DNA of 64,000 nucleotides. It comes from Yuukianura sp. NJ FZ-2021 (Eukaryota). The notes beneath the pieces are model-generated. The model was not told the DNA's origin and did not search any database. It saw only the letters and a list, made by a program, of their open reading frames with translations. The stretch covers positions 11,098,001 through 11,162,000 of the forward strand of contig CM102286.1 of NCBI GenBank assembly GCA_046563655.1, read 5' to 3'. Every line of letters begins with the position of its first letter. The first letter of the stretch is position 1. The position numbers were made by a program, and so were the translations under genes. Positions 12,625-24,006 of the stretch are shown here, in pieces.

Positions 12625-14747
12625 CTAGGCAACGTAGTTAACGAAGAAGCTAGCCCAAGCAATTTCAGCTATAATGACAACGATACAGACCAGTGTAAGT
12701 ACAGCGTGTATAATAAAAACTCCAAGCAGTAGACCACTGCCCCACGAGAGTCGCTCAAGTTTTTCCGGTAAATTTTGAATTGTCAATAATTTTTCCATAA
12801 TTTTCTTGACTTCGAATTTGTACGTTTTCGGACCATACAAGATGTACCGGAACAGTCCGCAATGTATGAGGGACTGCAACTGCCTGTGGATATGTCCACC
12901 CCGGTCAAAGGTCATTGGCCCCATGATCCAATATGTATTGTAGGAAAAGTACTTTTCTTTGCCGTAGTACAACTTCTTAGACGCTTTGGAATCGAGTTGT
13001 ACTAAATCTAAAAATGTTTTTCTTAACCCGAATGTATCGTCTATGTAGATTTTGTTTTCACACTTCAGAATTTCTCGCAGAAGTGTTTTGTTTCTCTCCC
13101 AAAATTCCACAAAAATTGGTGTAATGCTCTCTGTCAATTTTGGAAACATTTCATTTAGAACAGTCGAGTTAGCTGGGTATAATGTGCCTCAGCCGGCGTG
13201 ACGATAGATTCCGCGGATCAAAGGATTTCCATCCTTCGCCTTCATAACACATTTCCAATTGTGCTCCATTCCCTTAGTATAGTTCAACTGCTCAAGTTCT
13301 TCCCAGCAGGATTTGTCTCCGTGTATAAAAGTTGAGTGCATAATTGGAATTTTAAATTTTGCCGCCAAAGCGTCACTGACTGATTCCAGCCTAGTAGTTG
13401 GTAGCGGCGCAGTTAAATCAGCGGTTACCTCAGAACGATACAGATTTGACAAAGTAACCAAAATTAAAGCGAGTGTAGCCAAGAAAAATTTTAGGCGATA
13501 GATTTTCTTCAATTTGCCAGGAAAATAGTAATAGAAAAAGTAATGCTTTGTTCAAATAGCAATCGAAGCACAAAAAAAACATAATTGTCGGTACAACGCG
13601 TGTATCGAACTAAAACAAACTCAAAATAAACAGTAACTGTGAGTGAGGTCAAAAGACCAACCCAGGCCTCAAGGTTAAACGGTTTTGTAAACCCTGATAG
13701 ACTAATAAATTTTTCAACGCCCGCGCAAGTCATGAATTCAAAGTCGTGTGTGGTTTGGAGGTAAACCGATATGTATGGTAGCATCGTTTTTCTTTTTCTA
13801 CCATACATTTCAGCGGTTGGTGATGCGTCCTGGTAAACATAAATCAGGTTTTGATAGAAGTTACTCATATTCGAGTATTTGCGCTCAAATTTGATTACGT
13901 TCGGACCCAAATTTGATTTTGATGCAGCTGAAGCTGATTGGTTGAAATACCGGGTTACAGTTTTTAAAATAATTATGGAAACGGGATAATCATCGTATAC
14001 TTTCGCATTCGTGCCGATGAAAAAATCATGAATTATATCATTAGGTTCAATCATGACCCATTTCATAGGACACGCATGAAGTAGGACTTTTGTCAGTTCA
14101 GTATCGAGTAGTGACCGAAAAGGGACTACTGCAACATTTGTATCTATATTGCGTGTTCGGAGAGCGTATGTATTGCACGGTATTGGGGAAACTGTTGTCA
14201 CCTCGGTAATATTGCTTGACATACGGTACAGAAATAGTGGTACCGAATGCTCACTCCATGTTTTGTCACACTTCTCAAGGTACCGGTCTTCTTTTCCCAC
14301 CACTTTGTGAGAGTGTAACCACACAAAATAAATGTTTCGGCCGTAACATGGTTGCAATGTTATTGCATCGTAGGTATCGCACTCCACTAGCCAGTTGAAT
14401 CGAGACGGTAGTCGACATAGCTGCGCAGTAGGGAGTTCGTGAACCAAGTTTAGAATGAGTGCGCACGCGTGATTTTTTACCAATTTTCTAACTTGTAATG
14501 ACGTAAATGTAGAGTTAATTTGGGTTTCATTTTGTGGTAGCACAATTAGTTGAATAGGTTGACTTGAAAGATAATTCAATTCAAAACTTGAGGCAGCCTG
14601 CGCGACCACGATTACATGGCAGTAGTCGTATCCGAGATTTTCAAAAGCTGCATGTTTGAAATTGGTGGAAATTGTGGAGATAATAGTTGCAAAGTTTATG
14701 AAAAGTTTGAAAAGTTGGTGCACTGACTTCATCATGTGTGCTAACAA
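12625..14747 (-). pseudogene. Divergent ionotropic receptor (IR/iGluR)-like gene, copy 1
   Basis: Architecture FMTC...FTKPF..W.GL (M1), LFEQ (pore), LSNLYRSEVTADLTAP (M3), C-terminal M4. Frameshift at ~13530 from a small duplication and an in-frame TGA at 13189-13191 split it into three ORFs. Confidence 0.75.
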
Positions 14748-16058
14748 AGAACTGCCCTTGGTTTCAATTTCTCACTTGAATTTCTAGTTTTAATGGAACA
14801 TTTACTGTTCATGGGACTGTCTATTTTTGAATTTTGAGTTTCAAAGTTTGTGCCCTTGAACTTTTTCTTGTTAATCAAGATTATACTAGCGGATTGAGAT
14901 CAAATGATAGGTCCGGAGTTGTGTCGAGATGGTAATCTTCCAGAACATGACTATTTCCGAGTCGATAGTTCGCCAATTTGGCGAATGAGTCACTACAAAG
15001 CGCATTTCATGAATTTCATCGAAACGATTTAATTTACTCCGAGCGGCACTTTACTTCGAAAGCAAACTATTCCGGAGCAATTTATTGCGAAAGTTAAATT
15101 TATACGAAAGATAGTTTTTCTAAGCGCTAACATGTAAAACGTTATTTTAACACAAAATTTAATTTGCCGGTTTCTATTCTTCACGAAACTTGATGCAACA
15201 CTTTCAGTTCTGAAAAATTTTCAGTTACAGATGTAAAATTTAATAGGTGACATGCGTCGATACGACAGATCACTCCTTTGTAGGTTGAAATTAAATGGAA
15301 GACTTGAAACGAGAACTCAAATTGAGATTTCGCTTTAATTTTTGTTGTCAGAAGTAATTTCAATTTTTTGAAAACTGAAATTTGACACTTTTTCTTCTTG
15401 CTATTTGTGTACCTGCGCTGTGTGTATTTCTAATGTCCAGATACCATTAACCAGTTGATTCTTGAGTGTTATATTTTGGAAAAGTTTAAAGGCTGCATTT
15501 ACTTATACTTCCATCATCCAAAACAGAACTAAATCAAATTATTTTGGGTTATTACGCTAGTTCGCTTCACCTGGATGTGAGTAATTTAAATCTTTTTTAC
15601 CTAACAAAATCAAATGATGTAAATAGTTATTGCTGCTCAACGACACTTCATCTTTATTACTGAATGTTATACATAATATCCCACTACTCCTCACAGAAAA
15701 ACGTACATTAGTACAAGTGTGGACACAAAACAAAAGACAGCCTTTGGTTTGAAGTTCGCATTTGAATTCCTAGCTTTCATAGAATATTAAGTGGTTCGTG
15801 TGATTATTACTTTTTGTATTTTGGGTTAGAGTTTTCCAACTTTTTCGTCTTACTAAATATTTTATGGTACGAAATGATAGGTCCCGAGTTTGTCCAAGTT
15901 CTTTCATGTGACATGACATGGTCGTATCTGTCATCTTCATATCAAATGCATCACATCCAATCGAAAGCACTAAAACCCTTACGTATGAACAATCATTAAA
16001 TATGTTAATATAATATAAAATATATTAAAATGTATTACTTAAACATAATATACTTTAG

Positions 16059-16720
16059 ACTGATGATGAGTCGGACAAGGCCTATGACAACAACCCAGAC
16101 AAGAGCAGTGTCACTGAAAAACCGTCTGAGATTAGTTCAACGGATTCACAAGTAAAGGAATGCTCAAATAGTAGAAAATTAAGACAAATTACAATCTGGC
16201 TTTGGCGGGAAAATGTCTCGCGTTGCCCCATCTTTCTGCAACTGAAAAAAAACTTTTAATTTTGGTGCCTAAACTTCTCAAAACTTCAAACTCCATCTAT
16301 CGGTGACTTCCTTTTCAAAGTGTCTTTCAATACGCATGACTTTTAAGTTCTTGCAAATACGCTGCAAAAACAAATTGACCACGAATGCTCAAATGTAACT
16401 GTTTTTTTAAGTTTCTTTCACCTTTTAAGCAATTTTCGCCGCTTTTTTTTAAAATTCCATCAAATGTTTCACTTTTCTTTGTTTACATAATAATTTTTGA
16501 CTTTTTTTTAGTACTTTTTCAAAATATCATACAAGTTTTTGACTTTATTAGTACTTTTTTAAAATTCTATGATTGTTTTTTTTTTCGTAGGGCAGTGAAA
16601 CAGAAATGGAGGATGATGAGGTTGACGGCGTTCCGGAGCAGAATCCGCATTCATTTGTGAGTCACTATTTCAGTTTATGAGGATTCCGAAATCAAATTTG
16701 AAATTGAAACAATAAAAATA
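16059..16720 (+). repeat. Duplicated sdk 3' exons/intron fragment
   Basis: Near-copy of 11275-11885 (GACTGATGATGAGTC..., GAAACAGAAATGGAGGA...) fused to sequence from ~12380. Confidence 0.85.
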
Positions 16721-17061
16721 CATCCTGCAAATGTTTCTTTAGTTCAATTCTTCGTCCAACTTCAGTTGATTGATTTTTTCAACTCTGTAGCATCTGCATG
16801 TCTGCCACATTTTCTCCCAAAGTGTTCTGGAACTGGTCGTTTTGGAGAGAAAAGTTTCGCATTTGTGCTGTTTGCGTTAACATTTTTGTTGAAATTCCAT
16901 TGAGCAGTTCTTTGTTCTGATTCAAAGGTACACCGAAAGAAACACACAATTTTGCCAAAATATTTTAACTACAATAATTTATGATGTCGCATTTATTTTA
17001 AAGGTAAAAAAATTCATGTCGAAAATTTCACCGTGATGCTCCTAATGTCAATTACTTTCAG

Positions 17062-19093
17062 TTACCAACAGAACCTGACTGAACTGATTTTGTTTCTTAA
17101 GTCTCCTAAATCCGGAATTGATGAATATCTGGCAAAATTTCTTGATTGGCCAGTGCAGTTTTTGTCCACGAACACTTCGACACAGAGGTTACGCGTGCGC
17201 AAAGACTCCGAGTTGTCATTCAAGAAATCCAAATTTCGACAGCATTCAGATCCAACACAGTATAAACCACCGTTGAATTCGAACTCCGCGGGGTATACTA
17301 TGAAATATTTTTTTAGTTATAAATCAAACCCACTCAAGAACCATTTTAGAAAGTTAATTAATTAATTAATTAATTTAGTTGTACAACTCCTGTAATTCAG
17401 GCCTTCGTAGAATGTCACGGTACGTCCTCGCTCACTCTGTATTACAAAAAAAAAGTCAGATTTGTAACATTTTTATCATCGCTACTTACCAAGTACCACG
17501 AACATGTATTTGCAATAAAATTTGTAAGTTACAAACCCAGTCATGCTAAACTTATTGTGTTCGTAGTAAATTTTCATAAAGCAAACTGTGTCAGTCAGAT
17601 TATTCATTTTAATTGCTTTTACTGCATTCAGTTCAGCAAGTTTACCTGTGCTTCTAGAAAATCCAATTTTTCGTGGATATGGCGAGTACGTGCTGTCAGT
17701 TCCTGCTTAGCGAGATCAGCTGAGCTAGAAATATGTTGAGTTAATTGATTAACTTGATTTGTAGTGTATTCTCTCAGTAGCACTTCCGTTGAGTTCAATT
17801 TCTCAGAAAGAACTTCCTCCGTACGAGACAAGTTTTGTTGAGAATCTGTCGAAATTTGCTCAAGTCTCCGGCCAAGCATAGTAGATTGGTTTTTAGAATT
17901 CTGTCTCATTTCAGCAATATTTTCTCTCAAACTATTCTGAAACTGGTCGTTTTGCAGAGAAAAGTTGTGCATTTGTGCTGATTGGGTAACAATTGTCCTT
18001 GAAATTGTATTCTGTAGTTCTCTGCTCTGATTCAAATCTACTCCGAATTGTGCTAAACGTGCAGTAAGTTCTGCATTTTGTTTAACAAAGGCTTGAAGAG
18101 CTGCGATCTGATTGGCTGTTTGAATAGCAAGTTCTGCATTTTGTTTAACAAGGGTTTCTTCCCGCTTAGTATTAACAGCGTTGAGCCTAAAAAGTTGTTG
18201 GGTTTGATTCGTAAGTTGCTCAATTTGGTTTGTGAGTTCTGTGTTGCGCTGTTGAAGAGCTGCGCTTTGATTGGCTGTTTGAATAGCAAGTTCTGCATTT
18301 TGTTTAACAACGTCTTCTTCCCGCTTAGTATTAATAGCGTTGAGCCTAAAAAGTTCCTGGGTTTGATTGGTAAGTTGCTCAATTTGGTTGGTGAGTTCTG
18401 AGTTGCGCTGTTCAAGAGCTGCGTTCTGATTGGCCGTTTGGTTAGCAAGGTCCTCGTTTTGTCTTTCTAGGTTTGCGTTTTGTTCTAGCAGCTCTTGATC
18501 TTTTAATACAAGTTCAGCGTACCTTTCAGAAAGCAGTTGGAGGGCATTTTTTACGACAAGTTGATCGTTGAGCCTAAAAAGTTGTTGCGTTTGATTGGCA
18601 AGTTCCGCAATTTGATTTGTGACTTCTGCGTTGCGCAGTTGAAGAGCTGTGTTCTGAATGGCCGTTTGGATAGCTAACAATTCTGCATCTTGTCTGTGGC
18701 GTTCAGCAAGCAATTGCATGGCGTTCTGTTGTTCGACCAGTTGCTGCTCAATGTAGTTCATCTGGAAATGTACAAAGTGACTCAAACTCTTCAGCAGTTT
18801 GATCTAAAAATATTACTTTGAACTTAAGCATTTGAGGCGAATATTGGAAATTCCTACCCCTGTCACAACTTGCTCCAAGTATTGTCGCATGTTCAAGTTC
18901 CGTTTGTCACGCCGCCCAAACTCTGGCTGGTAGGAGGCAAATTTTAAAAAAAAACATTAACAAAGAAGCAAAAAATTATTTTGGTGAAAACAATTTTATT
19001 GCTGAAATTTTCAAAAAAATTCAACTTTACCTTTCCAACAGCACTACGGAGAGGGAGAATGCAAAGGCAAAGAAATATTTGCATAGAATCCAT
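17062..19093 (-). CDS. Secreted coiled-coil protein with C-terminal beta/gamma-crystallin-like domain (copy C1, ~511 aa); exons 19093-19031, 18926-18858, 18761-17646, 17436-17385, 17297-17062
   Basis: Signal-like MDSMQIFLCLCILPLRSAVGK; exon 2 PEFGRRDKR; Q/N/E/L heptad repeats; tail VTFYEGLNY...NDNSESLRT..CVEVFVDKNCTG...IPDLGDLRNKISSVRFCW*. All introns are GT-AG and phase-compatible. Confidence 0.75.
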
Positions 19094-19582
19094 TGGCACT
19101 AGTACCCAAAAATTCAGTTTGGAAAAATTCAGGTTTAAAGCAATTATGAAATATGAAAATATGATATTAAGAAACGAAATCAAATTTGTTAATTTGAGTA
19201 GGTATTTAGTCAACTCTGGTGTAAAACGTGGCTTATGCTGTTCATATAGAAGCAGCAGAAACTTCTCATAGAGCAAAATATCTGAAGAATTTTAATCAAT
19301 TAAAAATGCGGATAGACAATTTTAGTTTACTTTTGATAAAAGTTCTAAAATTTACTTGAATTAAAAAAAAATCAGGCTCCAGTCTCCAGCCTATGTTTTT
19401 GATTAAGAGATTGCAAATATTTACTTTTGGAATTCTTGGGATTTCTTGGTTTGAATGACCTTCGCGACTTTTTACGCTTAAGATAAGTTGATTTCAAGTG
19501 TTTATATAAAAACTGGCATCAAATTTTTTGCAAAAGTTTTCCATCTCCATTTAACCTAACATAAAGAAAAGACTCCAAGGAG

Positions 19583-20110
19583 AGAGCAGCCTCACTGAAA
19601 AGCCGTCTCAGATGAGTTAAACGGATTCACAAATAAAGGAATTGTCGAAATCTAGAAAATTAAGGCACAAATTACACTCTGTCTTTAGTGGGAAAAAGTC
19701 TCGCGTTGCCCCATTTTTCTGCAACTAAAAAACAACTTTGAATCTTTGTCGCCTGAAAACTTCTCGTTGCTTTAAGCTCCATCTATCGGTGACTTGCTTT
19801 TCAAAGTAAACGGAAATTTGTCTTTCTCTTCGCATGATTTTTAAGTTTTTGCAAATACGCAACAAAAACAAATTGACCACGCATGGTAAAATCCAACTGT
19901 TTGTTTTAAGTTTGTCTCAGCGTTTTGAGCATTTTTTCCTGCTTTTTCTTTTAAAATTCCATCACATGTTTCACTTTTCTTTGGTATGATACCAATTTTT
20001 GAGTTTGTTGAAGTACGTTTTCAAAATTCATATTTTTTGAATTTTTTGAAATTAAATTAAAACAATAAAAATACATCCTGGAAATTTTTTTTCGTCCAAC
20101 TTTTGTAGAT
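19583..20110 (+). repeat. Second duplicated sdk 3' exon/intron fragment
   Basis: GAGAGCAGCCTCACTGAAAAGCCGTCT and the following intron match 11317-11780. Confidence 0.8.
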
Positions 20111-20549
20111 TATTGATTTTTTGAACTAGTATGTTACATTTCTGCCACATTTTTCTCAAAGTGTCTTTGGAGAGAAAAGTTGTACATTTGTGGTTTTTGG
20201 GTTAAAATTGTAGTTGAAATTCCATTTTGTATTTCTTAGCTCTTGTTCAACGCTATACTCCGACTTATGATAACTGCTTAGTAAGTTCTTAATTTTGTTT
20301 TAAGGTTTTCGGAACCTCCAGACCGTCACAGTAACCTAAACGCCTATAATTTAGTAAATTTTCCGAAAAATTTTACCTACAATAATTTATGATGTCGGAT
20401 TGATTTTAAAGGTAAAAAAGTCGTGTCGAAGATTTCAACGTGCTGCTCCTAATGTTGATGACTTTTAGTAATAGCAGGGCTTGACTGAACTGATTTTGTA
20501 GGCGAAGTCTCCTAAATATCTGGAATTGATAAATGATTTTCATAAGATC

Positions 20550-22468
20550 TTATATTAGTGTTGAAGGACATGGTCTAAAAACATAGCCCATGCAGTCATC
20601 CTTGACCCAGCCCATCTTTTCTAATGCCTTGATGTTGTAGCCCAAAGCCATTCGATAAATATATCCTCGGTGGAGACCATAGAGTCCGAAAGTTCCTTCT
20701 TTAGGTTCTAAAAAGATGAAAGTTCGGACGTAGTCTGAATTTTCGTTAGGCCACCATCCAGAAGTTAAATTTTTTGTTGAAAACCTATTCCTCTTGCCAT
20801 TGTGTACCTCACTAGGGCAACTGTCCCATTAACTGCTGATTTTGCAACTCGCGCCAGTTCTCCCAAATGCTGGTATCCATAATATACTAATGAAAAAAGA
20901 GTTTGAATTTTAGTAATTCAGTTTTTCGTGACCGAGCTTTTGTGCACGTTCACACGTGACCGTCCATGAGGATAACGGTCGACAAGTTACCGTGTGTTAG
21001 TAACGGGTTACGCCACCAGATATAAACGGCGTAAAGGTAAAAACAAAACAAAGCTCCGCGAACGCCCATGAAAACTTTTTTCGAATTGTTACTCCATGGA
21101 GTTTTCGGGAAAAAACAGTTGAAAAAAAATAGTATTTCGTATTCCAATGATTTCATCTAGTCGTAAATAACATGAAACTTACAATTTTCCGGCCAGACTG
21201 AAGTGTAGTGAAAAGCAGGCTCACCTGTATTCACCAAGGTTCCTTGACAACGGAAAATTGTTGTTTTGTTTTGTTTGCGGTTAAGAGATTGGGTACTACC
21301 TCACTTGTTGACAAAAAATTGAAAGAAAAAAAAACAAAAAATTAGTACCAATTTAGTACCAATCCGAATGCAATATTGGTACCAATTATTGTTTTTTCAT
21401 TTTTTTGTCAACAAGCGAGGTAGTACACAACCTCTTAACGGAAAACAAACAAAACAACAATTTTTCGTTGTCAGGGAACCTTGTGTATTCACATACTCGC
21501 GGAGTGGAACAAACCGCGAATCAGAGCAGACGTCAAAAGTAAAGTTCAAATTGATTTTCGCTGCGGTGTATTCTTTTAGTAGCACTTCAGTTAAGTTCAA
21601 TTTCTTAGAAAGAATCTCTACCACCCTTGTCGTGTTTTGCTGAGATTCGGCCAAAATTTTTTCAATTTTCCGGTCAAGAATCGCAGACTGATTTTTTGAA
21701 CTCTGTCGCATTTCAGCAACATTTTCTCTCAAAGTATCCTGAAATTGCTCATTTTGGATAGAAAAGTTGTGCATTAGTGCTGTTTGGCTAACAATTGCCC
21801 TTGAAATAGAATACTGCAGTTCTTTGGTCTCATTTACAGCTACTCCGAATTGTGCTAATTGTTCAGTAAGTTGTGCATTTTGTTTAACAGCAGCTTCTTC
21901 CCGCTTAACATTAACAGCGTTAAGCCTAAAAAGTTCTTGGGTGTGATTGGTAAGTTGCTCAATTCGGTTTGTGAGTTCTGCGTTGCGCTGTTGCAGAGAT
22001 GCGCTCTGATTGGCTGCGCGAACTGCAAGGTCTGCGTCTTCATTTGCGAGTTTTCCATCTTGTTCGAGCAGCTCGTGGTAGCGTTCAGTCAGCAGTTGCA
22101 GGGCGCTCTTTAGTTCGAGTAGTTGCTGCTCAAAGTCACTCATCTGGAAATGTACACAGTGACTCAAAATCATTCGCAGTGTCAAAAAAAATGTTTTGCA
22201 AGAAGCATTTTTTCGGCAAAAACTGAAATTTTCTTACCCCTGTCACAACTCTCTCCAAGTATTCTCGGATCTCCACGTTCCGTTTAGCACGTCGTCCAAA
22301 ATCTGGCTGCCACGAAGCAAATTTAAAAAAAAATCAACAAATGAGCAAATAACAGTCTCAACGAAGCAGTTTTACTGTTGACATTTTTGGAAAATTCAAT
22401 TTTACCTTTGCAACAGCACTACGGAGCAAGAGAATGCAAAGGCAAAGAATAATTTGCGTAGAATCCAT
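20550..22468 (-). pseudogene. Coiled-coil paralog C2 with DUF5648-like head, disrupted
   Basis: Same signal and coiled-coil exons as C1. Head exon is homologous to 33668-34017. MITE inserted at 21235-21483 and a 1-bp deletion at ~20803. Confidence 0.7.
21235..21483. mobile_element. MITE with long TIRs and 9-bp TSD
   Basis: CAAGGTTCC(T/C)TGACAACG...CGTTGTCAGGGAACCTTG flanked by TGTATTCAC direct repeats. The empty site is seen in the paralog at ~34354. A partial relative starts at 8108. Confidence 0.88.
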
Positions 22469-24006
22469 TGTCGCGACGTAATTTAAATTTATATAAACTA
22501 TGAAATTTGAAAATATATTATGAAACGAAATTAAATTTGTTAATATGAGTTAGGTATTTAGTCAACTCTGGTGTAAAACTTGGCTTATGTTGGTCATATA
22601 TAAGCAGCAGAAACATCTCACAGAGCAAAATGAAGAATTTTAGTCAAATAAAATGCGGATAGACAATTTTAGTTTACTTTTGATAAAAGTTCGGAAATTG
22701 ACTTGAATTTAAAAAAAAATTAGGCTCCCGTCTCACATTATTTCTTTGATTAAGAGCTTGAAAATATTTACTTTTGCAGTTCTTGGAATTTGTTGGTTTG
22801 GATGATGACCTTCGTGACTTTTACGCTTAACATAAGTTGATTTCAAGTGCTAAAATAAATACTATTGGCATCAAATTTATACTTCAGTTTTTCTATCTCC
22901 ATTTAACCTAACATAAATAAAAGACTCTGATGCTGTTAATGTGAAATGGTCAAAAACAATTTGGTCAAAAAGTGAATACGCCAACCAGTGAGAAGGTCAA
23001 ACATAAGAATACGTGGCCTAACCAAACATAACCTACTATTTGCAACAGTTGACTTCTCACTTTTTGAACTTGTCAGTTCTTGATCGAAATATTTTGACCT
23101 TTTCACCAGCTACGGTTTCGGATTCGTTAAAATTTCACAAATCTCCCGTACTCTGAATTTGAAATTTTCATTTTTTTTACTTTATATAAAATTTAAATTA
23201 TTCAATTCAGCCATCAAAAATTTCGAATTTGTAAATTTATTTGTAGTAGTTCACTCTGCCTGTTTAAAGAATATGTAAACCTCAATTTATTGGGCCTCTG
23301 CAATGTTAACAGTAATAAATTGGTTTTGCGCCTACCTAGAAACCTAGCCTAAACTGAATTGCTGTAATTAGAGTATACAAATGAGTGTATTTGACCTATT
23401 ACTTGTGAACCGAAAAGGGGACTTGGCAGGTCAAAGGTCAATGACCTTCATGTCAAGGGCACACATAACTCACATTAGGCAAAAGAAGCTACTAGGAAAA
23501 AATGAAATTACTTTAGAGATTTCTAGTGGAGAAAACTTGGTTTTAAGTAGACCGAAACAGACTAACGGTGAGGCGTGAGGACTCAAAGAACAGAGTCGGG
23601 GGAACGAATCAAGGTGGAGCTGACTTTAAATAAAATAAATTACTTTATAAATTAACACACCACAACTTAGAATACACAACTTAATACTTTAGAAACTTAT
23701 TTAAACTATAAAAATTAAATTGTAAAAATTCACCGACGAGAGTTTTCTAAACAATCAATTGTTAGAATTATTAATTTTGAAAATTTTAAATTCAGTGTTA
23801 CACTTTGAGGCACAAGTTTGACCGATTTATTCAAAATAGCAAGGTCTTCCTAACTCCTTTTTTGAGGTCACCAGGCCGCGTGAAGTCACTACCAAAGCAT
23901 TTAGTCCTTGTGGATTCCGAAATGAAACAATTTGAAATTGAAACATAATAAAATGCATTTTGGAACTATTTTCCTAAAGTTTACTATAACTTGATAGTGA
24001 TTGTAA

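Noticed and set aside
13189..13191. In-frame TGA as selenocysteine or readthrough
   Set aside because: The gene also has a frameshift, the paralog has no Cys here and no SECIS was recognised; simple nonsense is more likely.
18053..18448. Alternate-frame and antisense ORFs over the coiled-coil repeats (also 28574-29092, 21859-22113)
   Set aside because: They are shadow ORFs of the repetitive coding sequence.
23381..23578. Recurrent ORF MSVFDLLLVNRKGD (also 30642 and ~36436)
   Set aside because: It recurs because the upstream block is duplicated; lengths and frames differ between copies.
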